A stretch of DNA of 39,380 nucleotides. Origin: Welwitschia mirabilis (Eukaryota). A program made the position numbers and the translations under genes. This document shows, piece by piece, positions 26,349 to 38,412 of this stretch (position 1 is its first letter; each line of letters opens with the position of its first letter). The stretch lies in assembly GCA_051453625.1 (NCBI GenBank), contig JBOZIK010000001.1, positions 47,478,162 to 47,517,541 on the forward strand, read 5' to 3'. The notes below the pieces were generated by a model, which was not told where the DNA came from, did no database searches, and saw only the letters and a program-made list of their open reading frames with translations.

Positions 26349-27533
26349 AAATCCATTAGATTCCAATTATGGGCTTATTGAAAAATTAAATAAAAAATAA
26401 CCATTAATCTTGATAATATATGGTATAGGCACAAAGTGAAATGTAGCAGTGACTTGTCCGAATTACAAGTATGATAACATGGAGGACATCTGGTAATAAC
26501 ATTTGATGGTAATAGCATCATCATCTAGAGGTCATGTCATTACCACTTTTTATAAGAAAATAAAGAATTTCTGTATAAAGCTACATGACCAAATTTATAA
26601 CCTCTCTTAAGGTAACCACCTAAAAGTATAATCCCATTTTTGTAACCACCACAAATCACTATAACCCAAAGGTTCCTAGGCATACCCTCACTTATAAACT
26701 TGCTTTGATTCCTTATTTATAAACATATTTGGTTGGGTGAACATAGTGGGGATACTTGGAGCGTTAGATTGATATGGCTTTTTAATCACCTTCTTTGGGA
26801 GTGAACTTATTCTAAATTAGTTTCCAAGAGTCTATTTTAGATTAATTTTTCTCCTTTGATATAATGTATTTCTTGATTTAATATAAGAATATGTTGTTCA
26901 TTCTTCTATTTCCACTACATGTTAATATAGTACTTTTAATCCTTATGTGTGACTATTTCTTCTCCTAATATAAAATTAGTTATTCATTCTTTAATTGCTA
27001 GTGCATGCTAACATGATACTTTTAATCCTTACATGAGACTATATTATTAAGTTCTATCACTACTAAGTGAGATCTATAGAGTTAATTTATTGATTATAAT
27101 CACTATCATGTTATAGATCTTAAGTGTAGTTATCCTTACTTTTTATATTTATAAGGGCTACGAAGGATTAAAGTAACCATTAAATTCACTAATACTCATG
27201 TGGTAAATGAGATTATTTCACCACACCTAAGCTATTATAACTTGATAATTTGGGCTTATCTTTTAGAATTATAAGATATCATTGAAGTAGAGGTGTGGTA
27301 TTGGACAAGTTGAGCTAGAACTTTGAAGCTTGTTCATTTTCCTACGTTATCAATTAAAGTTTAATAAAAATTCTCAACTTTGAATTTTTCATTTTAATAC
27401 AAGATTGTTAATATTATGTTACTTTTGTTAAGTTTACCTAAATTATTCCTATGAAAGAATGATATTGGTACTCATCTATTTTTCATTAACATCCATATTT
27501 ACTATAATGAATATCATAATTCAACCATAAAAA
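26349..27533 (+). repeat. 5' LTR of element Y, second part
   Basis: Collinear with 33643-34837. Confidence 0.9.
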
Positions 27534-28318
27534 GATTTTGATAAGGTTNNNNNNNNNNTTACCAGGGATAATGGCATGGTAGCCTCTTAGAAGTATCATA
27601 ATTTTTCTTTCTTACCATTTTTCATTACTTTTTAACTTAGTGATTGATATTGGTTCCTCTCTATTAAAACTTAAATTGACCCTTTTTATTTCTTGATCCA
27701 CTTCTAGTGATACCCAAATTAATCCAGTTTAAAGTTTTATTTAGTTTTTCTACTCTAACTTAAAAAACATTTTCATATTAGACATTTTGTGTGGTAGGTC
27801 TAATGAATTTTTTGTAATTCACAATGAAAACAAGGATAAAAAAATGTGAAAAGATAAAATAGAACTCAATTTTATGTTTTTTTTTGGTTTTTGATAAATT
27901 TTATTTTAGTAGTTAGAATATGTCTTTACTACATTTTAGTATTTTTCTATAAAAATTCTAAAGAAGAAAAAACTTTAAAAGGTTTATTCATAGGTTTTGT
28001 TTCATTTCAGACCATTGTCATTTCATTTTTCACTACTCATTTTCTACGGCCCATAATGTGAAATATTTTTTGTAGTTACATATATAACTATCCTCTTTTT
28101 TTGAAGTATTTCTCTAAAAAAGACTGACAACACTGTGAAGAATAACTGACATCATCATCTTTTTCATAAGTTTATCATTAAATTTTTACAAAGAAAATAT
28201 TCTCATCCATATGAACCCTTTATGATATTGAGCCTCCCCTAAAACCTTAAAAAGTTATAAAAATGTAATTCTATAGTTAATTTCATAGACCATTCTCTAA
28301 AACTAGATATTAGTGGAC

Positions 28319-29940
28319 ATGTATTCCTTTTAATAGATTATATAAGATACCTTTTGAACTCCAATCTATCTATGGGAACTATAAAAATTCCTATAATGTT
28401 ACTAATCATGTTTAATCTAAACAAATCATAGGAGGTTATATTCAACTTAAGAAAACTCTAGGGAACTACCTTCAATGCAAATATAAGAACCTTATCATTT
28501 TAAACCATAAGATCCTTTCAACACTAGGTAAATCTTTGGAGGATGTCTTCAAATCCTAGAACTGCATCTATATATAAATTAACCTCTTTGTAATCTTGAG
28601 TTTGAAAATCCTTATTTTGAACTAAAGGAGTCTGATTCCATGCCTCTCACGATCCCTCATAATCTTTTTCCTTTATCACCTTATCAAATTCCATTATCCT
28701 CTTATCCTTATACATCAAACTAACAATAACCTTTGTCATCTACTCCATTGGAGGAATCATTAAGAAAATGTTTGGAAATTCAAACCCAGATTCTCTATGT
28801 CATAAACAAACTAAGCAATATGCCTCCTCCTTGAGCAACCTAGAACAGATAGATCTCATTCCTTTTATTACTTCCCATAATACTTATCCTTCATCTTCTT
28901 TTTCATATTCTTCGTCATTTGATCAATATCCTCCATCTTTCTATATTTAACAACCCTCTTTACAAACCTTAGAAGAGACATTATAGAGTTTCTTAAAAGA
29001 TGTTGCTTATAATTCTTCTAAAATGCCTTTGCCTTAACCACCTAAACATTCTCTAAAAGAAAACACTAAATAAATCATGAAATCTTATAAGTAAACTATG
29101 AAAAATGTAGAGAAAATTCTTCAAGTAACCTAAACCAATTCTCAAATTGTTAGTATACTCAACCAGTAAGAAGAGGAAGACCATACAATTCATGAACCTA
29201 AGAGTCTTAAAAATCATAAAAGTATTAAGGGTAATTAAATCAATAATGCTCAAGCCATATCTTTTAGGAGGGATGAGAAAACTAATGAGAAAACCCTTGA
29301 GGCCTTAAGTTTAGAAGTGTACTAAAGAGTGAATAATTATTTGCAAAAAGGATATACTTTAAAGGAGGATTAAAAATATTAGAGGATGAGTAATTATTAT
29401 AATATAAGAAACCATTTGAGAAAGGCTATATCTTTGAGAGTTATACAATAGAAAATAAGTCATATGAATGAGAAGGACAACATCGAAAAAGAATCTTTCT
29501 TTGATTTATAACTATTACTTGAGAAACCACAAGGAGGAATTCCCTAACAATCTCAATAATAAGATGAACATTACAAAATAGCATATACACAGTCCATCCT
29601 ATGATGAATATTTGTTTCCAACAACCTCATGAGCCAATAATTTGATTTTCATCTTTATCTTCTCAGCAAGACTCAAGCCTTAATGAAGATAATCAATCTT
29701 CTTTACAATTGTAATCACCTTTGAAGGATCTTACACATGATTCTTCTAATAAACATATACCTTTTCAAATGATTTCTAATTCATCTTTGTCTTCATCTCT
29801 AATGATGTATTGCATGAGTTATCAAATAAGCATGAATAAGATAAAGGATAGACTATTTCTAACTTTGAATGCATAATTTTACTGCTAATGTTGATGTTAT
29901 TTCTAATTTTATGGAATTATGCATAAAAACGTACATGCAT
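28319..29940 (+). pseudogene. Orphan ORF relic of element Y
   Basis: PFELQSIYGNYKNSYN, IQLKKTLGNYL, LEFENPYF, SSTPLEESLRKCLEIQ, LEETL*SFLKD and NNAQAISFRRDEK. Pro/Gln/Ser/Tyr-rich. The end is approximate. Confidence 0.5.
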
Positions 29941-31202
29941 TATCTTTCAAGTCAAAATGCTTCACAAGTGTTTAAACCATTCAATCTTCACCTCTACATT
30001 CTTAAGCCTTCATATACACATCACCTTAGATAATCCCCTTTATAATTTTTAGTTTCATTGTATGCTTTTATATTATATTTTTCCTTTAAATTAGGTTTTC
30101 CTTTTATATTAGATTTAAGTTGGAAAAAATTAAAAACATTAAAAGCACTTCTACTTGACGGTTTCTCTCACTTAAAATTCATCAAAGAACTATCATGTGT
30201 ATAATTATCACCTTAAAACCTTTTATTTAGAAAATTCCAAATATTATTTCTATTATAGAATAAGCCATCGTCATCTTATACCTCATCATCCATCCCTTTC
30301 ACTCTAGTACTACCTCATAAAAATCACCGACCATCCATACCCTTCATCCATCCATGAATTCACAAGACTTGATGAGTGATTACCTTGTCAGCATAATTTC
30401 TATGGAATTTAAGTTCACTTGTATTTTTCAAGAGAATATCATACTTGGTTTTGAGTTATTTGTTAGGGTTAGTTTAACTTGAGATCTCTAAATTTGGAAA
30501 GTATGGTTGAAACTCTAAATTTAAAAAGTATGATTAAAAAAGGTGGAATCTACTTTTATAATATATCTATGTTTTCAAGAATTCCTATGGAAATAAGATT
30601 AGGCTAATGAGCTAATGATTTCTTTTATGTGCATAAAAATATTTAATATAAGAAGAAGAATAAAAATAAAAAAATTAATAACTCTTCTCCAAAAGCACAT
30701 TTATTTTAATCAATTAATTATATTTAGTTAACTATATTGAGGCTATGGACACTCAGTAGAAATGTATCTCTAATGATTTATTTATGATATGATCAACTCT
30801 CATTAGGGATATAAATGCTTACTTACAATGCAACAATGATTCTTTATGTAATAAAATGCTTAATTTTGTTGGAAGAAGATGTCATAATATTAGATGCTCA
30901 ATTTGGTTTAAATACTTGAAACAAGGAATATATGTGATTGTCAAAAAATGTAAACATTAGAAAGAAAAGGTGGAATTTGGAGATGATTTTGTAATTATTT
31001 TTTAAACTCATGTACTTGAAAATTTTCTTACTAATTTTTAAATTTTCATAGGTTTACTTAGAGGATATCTTATTTGTTTAACATTGTGATCTATCTAATA
31101 AAAATAAGATTTACAAAAAGTTTAATAAAGTGATCATTATATTAGGTATTGCATCTTGTCCATTCATATATTTTTGAATCACTTTTCATTTTTATTATCA
31201 TG

Positions 31203-32560
31203 TATTAACATGTAAAAATTAAAATTTTAATTAAATTGGTTAACCAATTTGCTTAATAGAAGATATTAATATAACTAATTTATCATAAAAACATCTTTTA
31301 TATTACTTTTCTATAATAAACATGGACTTTTCATCTTTTTATGACTTTTTCAAAATAATTATCTCACTTTTAAGAACATGCTAAAAAAGGATGATTATCT
31401 AAACTAAAATAGTGGTATCATTACCTTTCATCATTAGTGGTATTGGTCTTTCTAAGAAAAATACTTTAAAACTCATGTTTCCTACTTGTCATGTAAAATT
31501 CAATCAAATGCAATTATGGGATTAATTGGATTTCATAGCAACAATCACTAGTATCTTTAATGATACATAATGGTGATGATGATAACATGAAGTAGTAACA
31601 TGTGGCAATGGTAAGTAGGATGACAATGAAGACATATGGTAATGACAGTAGTTATCAAAATTAGTAGCATTCAGAAGCTAAATTTGGAGCTCATCATAAT
31701 GATTTCTACCTAATGCATGATAACAAAGACTCCAAATATTGCTACATGCCATATTTTATAACTACTCACCTAACACTATAAAACAAAGGCTTGTAACCAT
31801 CCCATAACACATAATTGCCGATAAAAGGGCCTTGTGCCCTCATTTTTAGTGTCCTTAATTTTGGAAAAAATATAGAATCTTTGAAGTATGAAGTTAACAT
31901 GGCCTTCTAATTACTTTCTTTAGAAGTGAGATTACTTTAAGAATAGATTGACAAGTCCTTTCTAGATTCCTTCTTCCTTTGATGTAATGTTTTTTTTTTT
32001 TATTTTGATACATAATAGTTGTCTTCTCTTGATTTTAAGTTGCAAATTACGTTGAATTTTTAATGCTTAAATAGCAAATTTAGTTTTAAGTTCTATTTTC
32101 ATTTAAGTAAATTCTATAATTAATTGGTATAAGTATTCTTTAATTTGATGGATTTTAGGTACTTAGTTTCTTACTTTCCATTTTTATTTTAAGGCTATAA
32201 AGGATTAAGTGACTATTAAATTTATCAATCTTTGTATGATGAATGAAATTATGTCACCATAACCCAAGCCATGATTACTTGATAGTTTGAAGTGTGTTGT
32301 AGGAAAAGTGCAGTATATCATTAGAGTGAAGGATTGCTAATAAATAACTAAGGAAAAAACTTAGAGTTTGCTTAATTCTTTACTTTTCTGATGAATTTTC
32401 AAACAAATTCTCAACTCTCTATTTTTCTTTATTTAATTATAACTTATAAGTCAAGCAAGAGTTGTGTAATTTATGTAAAACTATTCTAATTATCCCTATG
32501 AAAAGAGTAGTACTGAGTATCAACTCAGTTTAAATCTAGTTTATTATACTCAAATGAATA
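31203..32560 (+). mobile_element. Solo LTR of family X inserted in element Y
   Basis: Termini tattaacatg...aaatgaata (decayed TG...CA). TSD tcatg (31198-31202) and ccatg (32561-32565). No PBS or PPT adjacent. Confidence 0.85.
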
Positions 32561-33351
32561 CCATGCATTACAGAAAAAAAGCTCTAGTCGTAATGATTTT
32601 CCATCCTGTAGTGAAAATTTACATTTCATTCCTATTCTATTCATTCCATTCACCATTTAATTCAACCTATAATGCCAAATCCTCTTATTTTTACTAATAA
32701 ACCATTTTATAAACTTTTACTCTCAAAGTCACAAAATCATTAGTGCTATCTCTAGTCCTTATCAGTGCCACTGTCCATTTTTCAATTTTCGCATTTAAAA
32801 TATTTTACAACATCATCCATTAAATTTACAAACTTTTTAGATTTTTAGTCCTTACTAAAATTTTTCCAAAACTAATTGTAATCCATTTTCGATCATGATA
32901 TTTTACTTTTATTTTTACCTTTAATTTCATTTTCCTCAGCCTTACATAAATCCTCATTTGCAAAACAAGTAATTAATAATTATTTTTAAGAGTCTCTTTC
33001 TTTTTGCATTTTCTTATATGTATTTAAGTGTATTGCATTGTAGTATTTTTAAATGTGTTTCATTAAAGTGTTTTACTTTACAGTGTGTTGCATTAAAGTG
33101 ACTTTTTAGCTGGTCATGTAATGAAAAATCATGTAATCAGATTCTTTATTTTAGAATATTCTTAGAAGTTATATGAAAATTATCTTTTAAAACTTTGAAG
33201 ATAAATTTTACTTTTGGTTAGGAAGTAAAAATGTTTTAAAAGATATATCAGTTTTCATACCTGAGTATTTTTCCTCAGACAATTTTTTCATGTTGACAAT
33301 TTGTTTATTAACATTTTACTAAGAGGCTACCAAAATTCTAGTTAGAGGGTG

Positions 33352-34837
33352 TATTAACATATAAAATTGACATTTAGACCAATTATATTTGTCAACTTAG
33401 CATAAGAAAAGACATTAAAATAGCCATTTTATCATAAAATTACAATTTTAACCATTTTATACATTATTTATAAAATTATGAAGTTTCCCATGACAATTTT
33501 AGATTAATTACTACCTTCTAAAAGACATGCTGAAAACTGAAGACAACCCAATAAAAAATTTTGGTTCCATCATTTAGATCACTAGTGCATTAATTTTTTG
33601 AAGTAGAATTAATCCAAATCTATGTTCTAAAATTTTTATAGAAAATGCATCACATTGCACTTGTGGGATCAGTCATAAATTAAATTAGAAATAATCATCA
33701 ACCTTGGTGACATGTGATAGAGATGCAAAGTGACATGTAGTAGTGACATGTGGTAATGACAAGTGTGATAACATGGAGGACATATGGCAATTGCATCTAG
33801 TGGTAATAGCATCATCATCTATAGGTCATATCATCATCAATTTTCATAAGAAAACAAAGAATTTGACCTTAAAGCTACATGATGAAATTTGTAACCTCTC
33901 TTAATGTAATCACCCAAACGTGTAACCCCATTTTTTTGTAATCATCATCAATCACTATAAGCCAAAGGTTCCTAAGACTTCCATCAGCTATAAAAGGGAA
34001 ATGAAGCCTCATTTGTAAACATCTTTGGTAAGGAAAACATAGTGGAAATAGTTGGATCATTAGGCTAATATGGATTTCTAAGCACTTTTCTTGGGAGTAG
34101 ACTTGTTTTAAGGCTATTTCGCAAAGTCTATTTTAGCTTTATTTTCTTCCTTTGATTAAATGTGTTTCCTAATTTAATATAAGAATAAGTTGTTCATTCT
34201 TTGATTTCTAGTGCATGTTAACATAATATTTTAATCCTTAGGTGAGACTATTTTTTATTTAAATATAAGAGTAGTCATTCATTATCCAATTTCTAGTGCA
34301 TGTTAAAATGATACCTTTAATTCTTAGATAAGACTACATTATCATGTTCTATCACTATCTAGTGAATTCTCTAAAGTTAAGTTATTGGTTATAGTCATTA
34401 TCATGTTATAGATCTTAAGTAGAATTTTCTTTACTAGCTTTATCTATGAAGGGCTATAAGAGACCAAAGTGACTATTGAATTCATCAAAAATCATGTGGT
34501 AAATAAGATTATGTCACCATGCTTAAGCCATCATGACTTGATAATTTTAAGTTAAGTTTCAATAATTCCATGATATTATTAGAGTGAAGATGTATTATTA
34601 GACAAGTTAAGCTAGACTTTTGGAGCTCGTTCATTTTCTTATATTAGTAATTAAAGTTTAACAAAAATTTTAAACTCTTGATTTTTCATTTTAATTTTAT
34701 TTTAGAATTATTAATATTATGCTACTTTTATTAAGTTTACTTTAATTATTCATGTGGAAGAACGATATTAGGTACTCATCTAGGTTTTATTGATATTTTC
34801 ATTTACTATAATGAATAACATAATTTGACTGCAAATA
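33352..34837 (+). repeat. 3' LTR of element Y
   Basis: Preceded by the PPT and followed by the GTTAG TSD. Matches 18177-18427 plus 26349-27533. Confidence 0.9.
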
Positions 34838-34842
34838 GTTAG

Positions 34843-35813
34843 TAGGAAATCAATAAAGATTTATTCATTCTCCAGCTATCTAAGAAAACTTTGCATATTG
34901 AATCCATGATGCTAGAGGGACAGGAAAAAGAATAGATCAAAGCTTGTTGAAGTTTGGGTAAGTTAGCTTAAGATGACTTACATGTTAAAAATGTTTACAT
35001 TAAATATGTCTATTAATATTAAAGACATCAATGAGAAGTATATATATGAGGTTGAATATGTCTATTCCAAAAAATAACATGAAACAAAAATAGCCATTAG
35101 ACATCTAAAACTAGCCATTTATAGTCATTGGATAATGTTCAAACTACTTTAGATGGTCATCTTCTTGGAGAAATGAACTATATATTTTGGAAGTATAAAA
35201 GGCATAAAGAAAGAAATTTTAGAAGGATTTTGAAAAAATCATTTTTGAAAATATATAGGCTGAAATAACTTGAACTTGATGAAAGGCACACACACAGTAA
35301 AGAAACAACACTTAACACATTTTCTTAGCCTTATTATTTTCTAATTCTTTTTTGACAATTCTCTACTAATCTATTAGAATTGTGAATTATTGTTTTTTAT
35401 CCAAAATTATTTTTTTATCATTTCTTCTTTTTAAAGTTCCTTTCTTGAGGATTTCAAAGTGTAATACAACCTTTGTAGGGGTGTGCTACTTGTGATTGGT
35501 TAAAGTGGTTAAGATCACTATTAGACTTATTTGTCTATGATATTTTAGGAAAATAGAGTATTACCTTAAGAGGAGTATCTCAATTGGTTGTAAGGTTGGT
35601 AATGATTCTAAGACATTATTTTTATAGGTTAAGGATATTAAAAGGTGTGAAGGCAAGCTGCTCATCCTTGGTGTGGACATACCCAAGTTTGAAAACCATG
35701 TAAATTAATAAGATTTTTATTTGAAATTTCANNNNNNNNNNTCATTGGTTAGTTGCTTAAGTTTTATTTGATTAGACTCATTTACTCCTTCCCTTTGAGT
35801 TCTACAATCCTTA
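34843..35813 (+). repeat. SIRE-like 5' LTR, second part
   Basis: AGACRTCT-type motifs continue, TATA-like 'tataaaagg' at ~35194, C-rich terminal signature, then the PBS. Confidence 0.7.
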
Positions 35814-35815
35814 AT

Positions 35816-35827
35816 TTATATCAAAGT
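35816..35827 (+). promoter_or_regulatory. PBS, initiator tRNA-Met type (degenerate)
   Basis: 'ttatatcaaagt' versus TGGTATCAGAGC, located between the LTR end and gag. Confidence 0.65.
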
Positions 35828-35875
35828 AGGTAACTCTAAAAAATAATTAACATTCTTAAGTGAACTATAAAAGGA

Positions 35876-38400
35876 ATGCCATCTATCAGACCTATTCTAT
35901 GTAATGGATTAAACTCTGCTAATTAGAAGATGAAGATGTAGATGTAATTATAGTCTTTGAGTTTTAGGTCTTGTAAAGCATTGAATATGATTATACAGAA
36001 CTGACAAAAACTTTTATAAGTATCATAGGAAACACTCTCTCATAGATTAAGCCTAAAAGTAAATGGAATGACTAGGACAAGCCAACTTTTATGTATGACT
36101 CAAGGTCAAAGAATTATCTTTCCTTATCTCTCACTGTAAAAGAGTTTAATAGGATAGCATAATGCAAAATAGCTAAAGAATTATGGAATGTCATGGAAGA
36201 TGCATATGAAGGAACCTTAATTATCAAGCAATTAGAACTCTTGGTTTGAAAAAATCAATTCAAAAATTTGAAGATGAATGATGGAGAAAGGGTACATAAA
36301 CACTTAACAAGAGTCAATAACATTATGAATGCTATTTGTGATATTTGTAAAAATATTTTAAAGACTAAGGTAATTTAAAAAGTAGATAGATCCTTGACTG
36401 TAAATATAAGTAAAATATAATCACTATAGAATGATTAAGAGATCTTAAGATTATAAAGTTTGAAGAACCACAAAGCGCAATAATATCTTATGAAATAAAC
36501 CTCATTCAAAATAGTGCTGTAAAAGAAAACTTCATTACTCTTAAAGGAAGTAAAAGCTCAAGATAAAATTCTCAATAAAATATAAAAGAAGCCTTAAATG
36601 TAGGTGATTTAATTGTTAATGTAGATGAATAACTTACTCTTATTACAAGGCATGTTAAGAGACTCATTCTATAAAGAAATGATAGAAAGGAAAACTATAT
36701 AAGGTCTTCAAGTTTTCAAGTAAAATGTAAATCCAAAGGTAAGATTTATTATATTTCTAATTCTTCTTTTAAGAATGATATTCCTAGATTAGGATGTTGG
36801 GTTTATGGAGGATGAGGACATCTATCCTTAGAATGTCTTACCCCTAACCATTTATAAGAAAAAGGACAAAAAAAAAAGGAAAAAATGAAAAAGGAAGAGA
36901 AAATATTTCTTTATAGGTTGGGATAAAGATGAAAGTGACTATTCATATGATTGTCAGTATAAGTTTGGTAGAAAATACTATGCTAATAATGCCAAGAGTC
37001 CAAAGAGAATGGTAAAACATTTTGTGTAGAAAAAACTAAAGAAGGTGTAGATTCTTAAAGCAAGGCTAGCTCTCTGAACACAAATTCATTTGCAAGCTGT
37101 AAAGAGACATGTTTGATATATTGACAGGAGATCTTCTAGATATATGATAGGTGATAAATCAAATTTTACTTAGTTGAGAAAGATAAGGATGTGGTTACTT
37201 TTATTGACAACACAAAGAAACTAATCAAAGGTATTAAAACCATTAGAGAAGGTAATCCATGAAAGGTAAAATATGTATCTTATGTTAAATGTTTACAATA
37301 CAATTTCCTTGTTGTTAGCTAATTACATGATATAAATTTCTTTATTACTTTTACCAAAAATGATTATGTCATAAAAGAGTGTTCTTCAAATATGATTCTA
37401 TTAGCTAGTCTTAGAAAATAAAATGTGTATGTTATTATCTTACAAGATATTTCTAACAAAGGTACCAAGTGTCTATTAAGTACTATAGGTAATATAAGAA
37501 TGTGATACCAAAAGCTTATATACATTAATAAGAACCTATTAAAGACTTTGTCCTCAAAGGATATGGTAAGAGAACTTTCTAAATTACAAAACTTTGATGA
37601 TTAGGTATTTGAACCTTATTAAAAGTAAAAGCAAAAAAGGGTAAGGCTTGATGGAAGTACCTCTATCTCTATTGAACATCCTTTAGATCTTCTAGGTCTT
37701 AACATTTTTTATCCTTCTCCTACTAAAAACCTTTAGTAAAAAAAGATATTATTTAACTATAGTTGATGATTATTCTCATTTTACATGGGTGTCCTTCATT
37801 ACACATAAGGTTGAGGCTTTTAACATTTTGTCTAAGTTGTATATCAGATATCAGAATTAAAAGGAATATAAGATCAAAATAATAAGAAGTGATAATGGTA
37901 TAAAGTACAAGAATGAAAAGTTCAAGGACTATCATGAGTGTTTTGGCATTCATTAGCAATTCTTAGCTCCAATAGTACCACAATAAAATGGAGTGGTTAA
38001 AAGGAAAAATTAGATACTAAATGAGATGGCTAAGACAATGATACATAAGCAATAGTTTTCTTATCATTTTTAAGAAAAACCTATTAATACCACTTGCTAT
38101 CTTTCGAATAGAGTTCTAGTAAGATGCTTTATTTCTATAATTCCATATGAGCTTTGGTCTAGTAAGAAACCTATAATAAATTATTTTCATGTACTTAGTT
38201 TTAAATGTTTTATTTTAAATTAAAAATATTAGATTACAACATTTGATTTTAAGATTGATAAAGGTTTTTTTTTCTAGGTTATTTAATAGTTAACAAATCC
38301 TATTAAGTGTGTAATAAGAGAATACAAGTGGTAGATGAAACTAAAAATGTCAAGATTAATGATGTTAACTCAACATCTATTTGTATACAAGATAAGTAGA
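35876..38400 (+). pseudogene. Ty1/copia (SIRE-like) gag-protease-integrase relic
   Basis: RPILCNGLNSAN*KMKM; EFNRIA*CKIAKELWNVMEDAYEGT; zinc knuckle CWVYGG*GHLSLEC (36795-36836); *YIDRRSSRYMIGDK (WYLDSGCSRHMTGD, 37114); IVDDYSHFTWV; APIVPQ*NGVVKRKN; PYELWSSKKP. No RT within the window. Confidence 0.93.
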
Positions 38401-38412
38401 TATCCATACTAT

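Larger units (their letters stand above)
18177..34837 (+). mobile_element. Element Y: non-autonomous Athila-related LTR element (LARD-like)
   Basis: Perfect TSD GTTAG at 18172-18176 and 34838-34842. 5' LTR = 18177-18427 plus 26349-27533; 3' LTR = 33352-34837. Asp-type PBS relic 'gattttg..NN..ttaccaggga' at 27534-27568; PPT 'agttagagggtg' at 33340-33351. No RT or INT motifs seen inside. Confidence 0.88.
17714..38412 (+). mobile_element. SIRE (Sirevirus/Maximus)-like Ty1/copia element; 5' LTR split by element Y, pol cut after integrase
   Basis: LTR start 'tgtttgg...attttgatgat'. LTR end resembles the Sirevirus ATTCACCCCCCTCT signature ('atttactccttcccttt', ~35780). Met-type PBS, then gag-PR-INT in copia order. 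Confidence 0.8.

Noticed and set aside
376..37959. Remaining short ORFs (376, 3070, 18982, 20167, 25008, 28768, 29053, 33875, 37753) as host genes
   Set aside because: All lie within LTRs or retroelement relics and have no recognisable domains.
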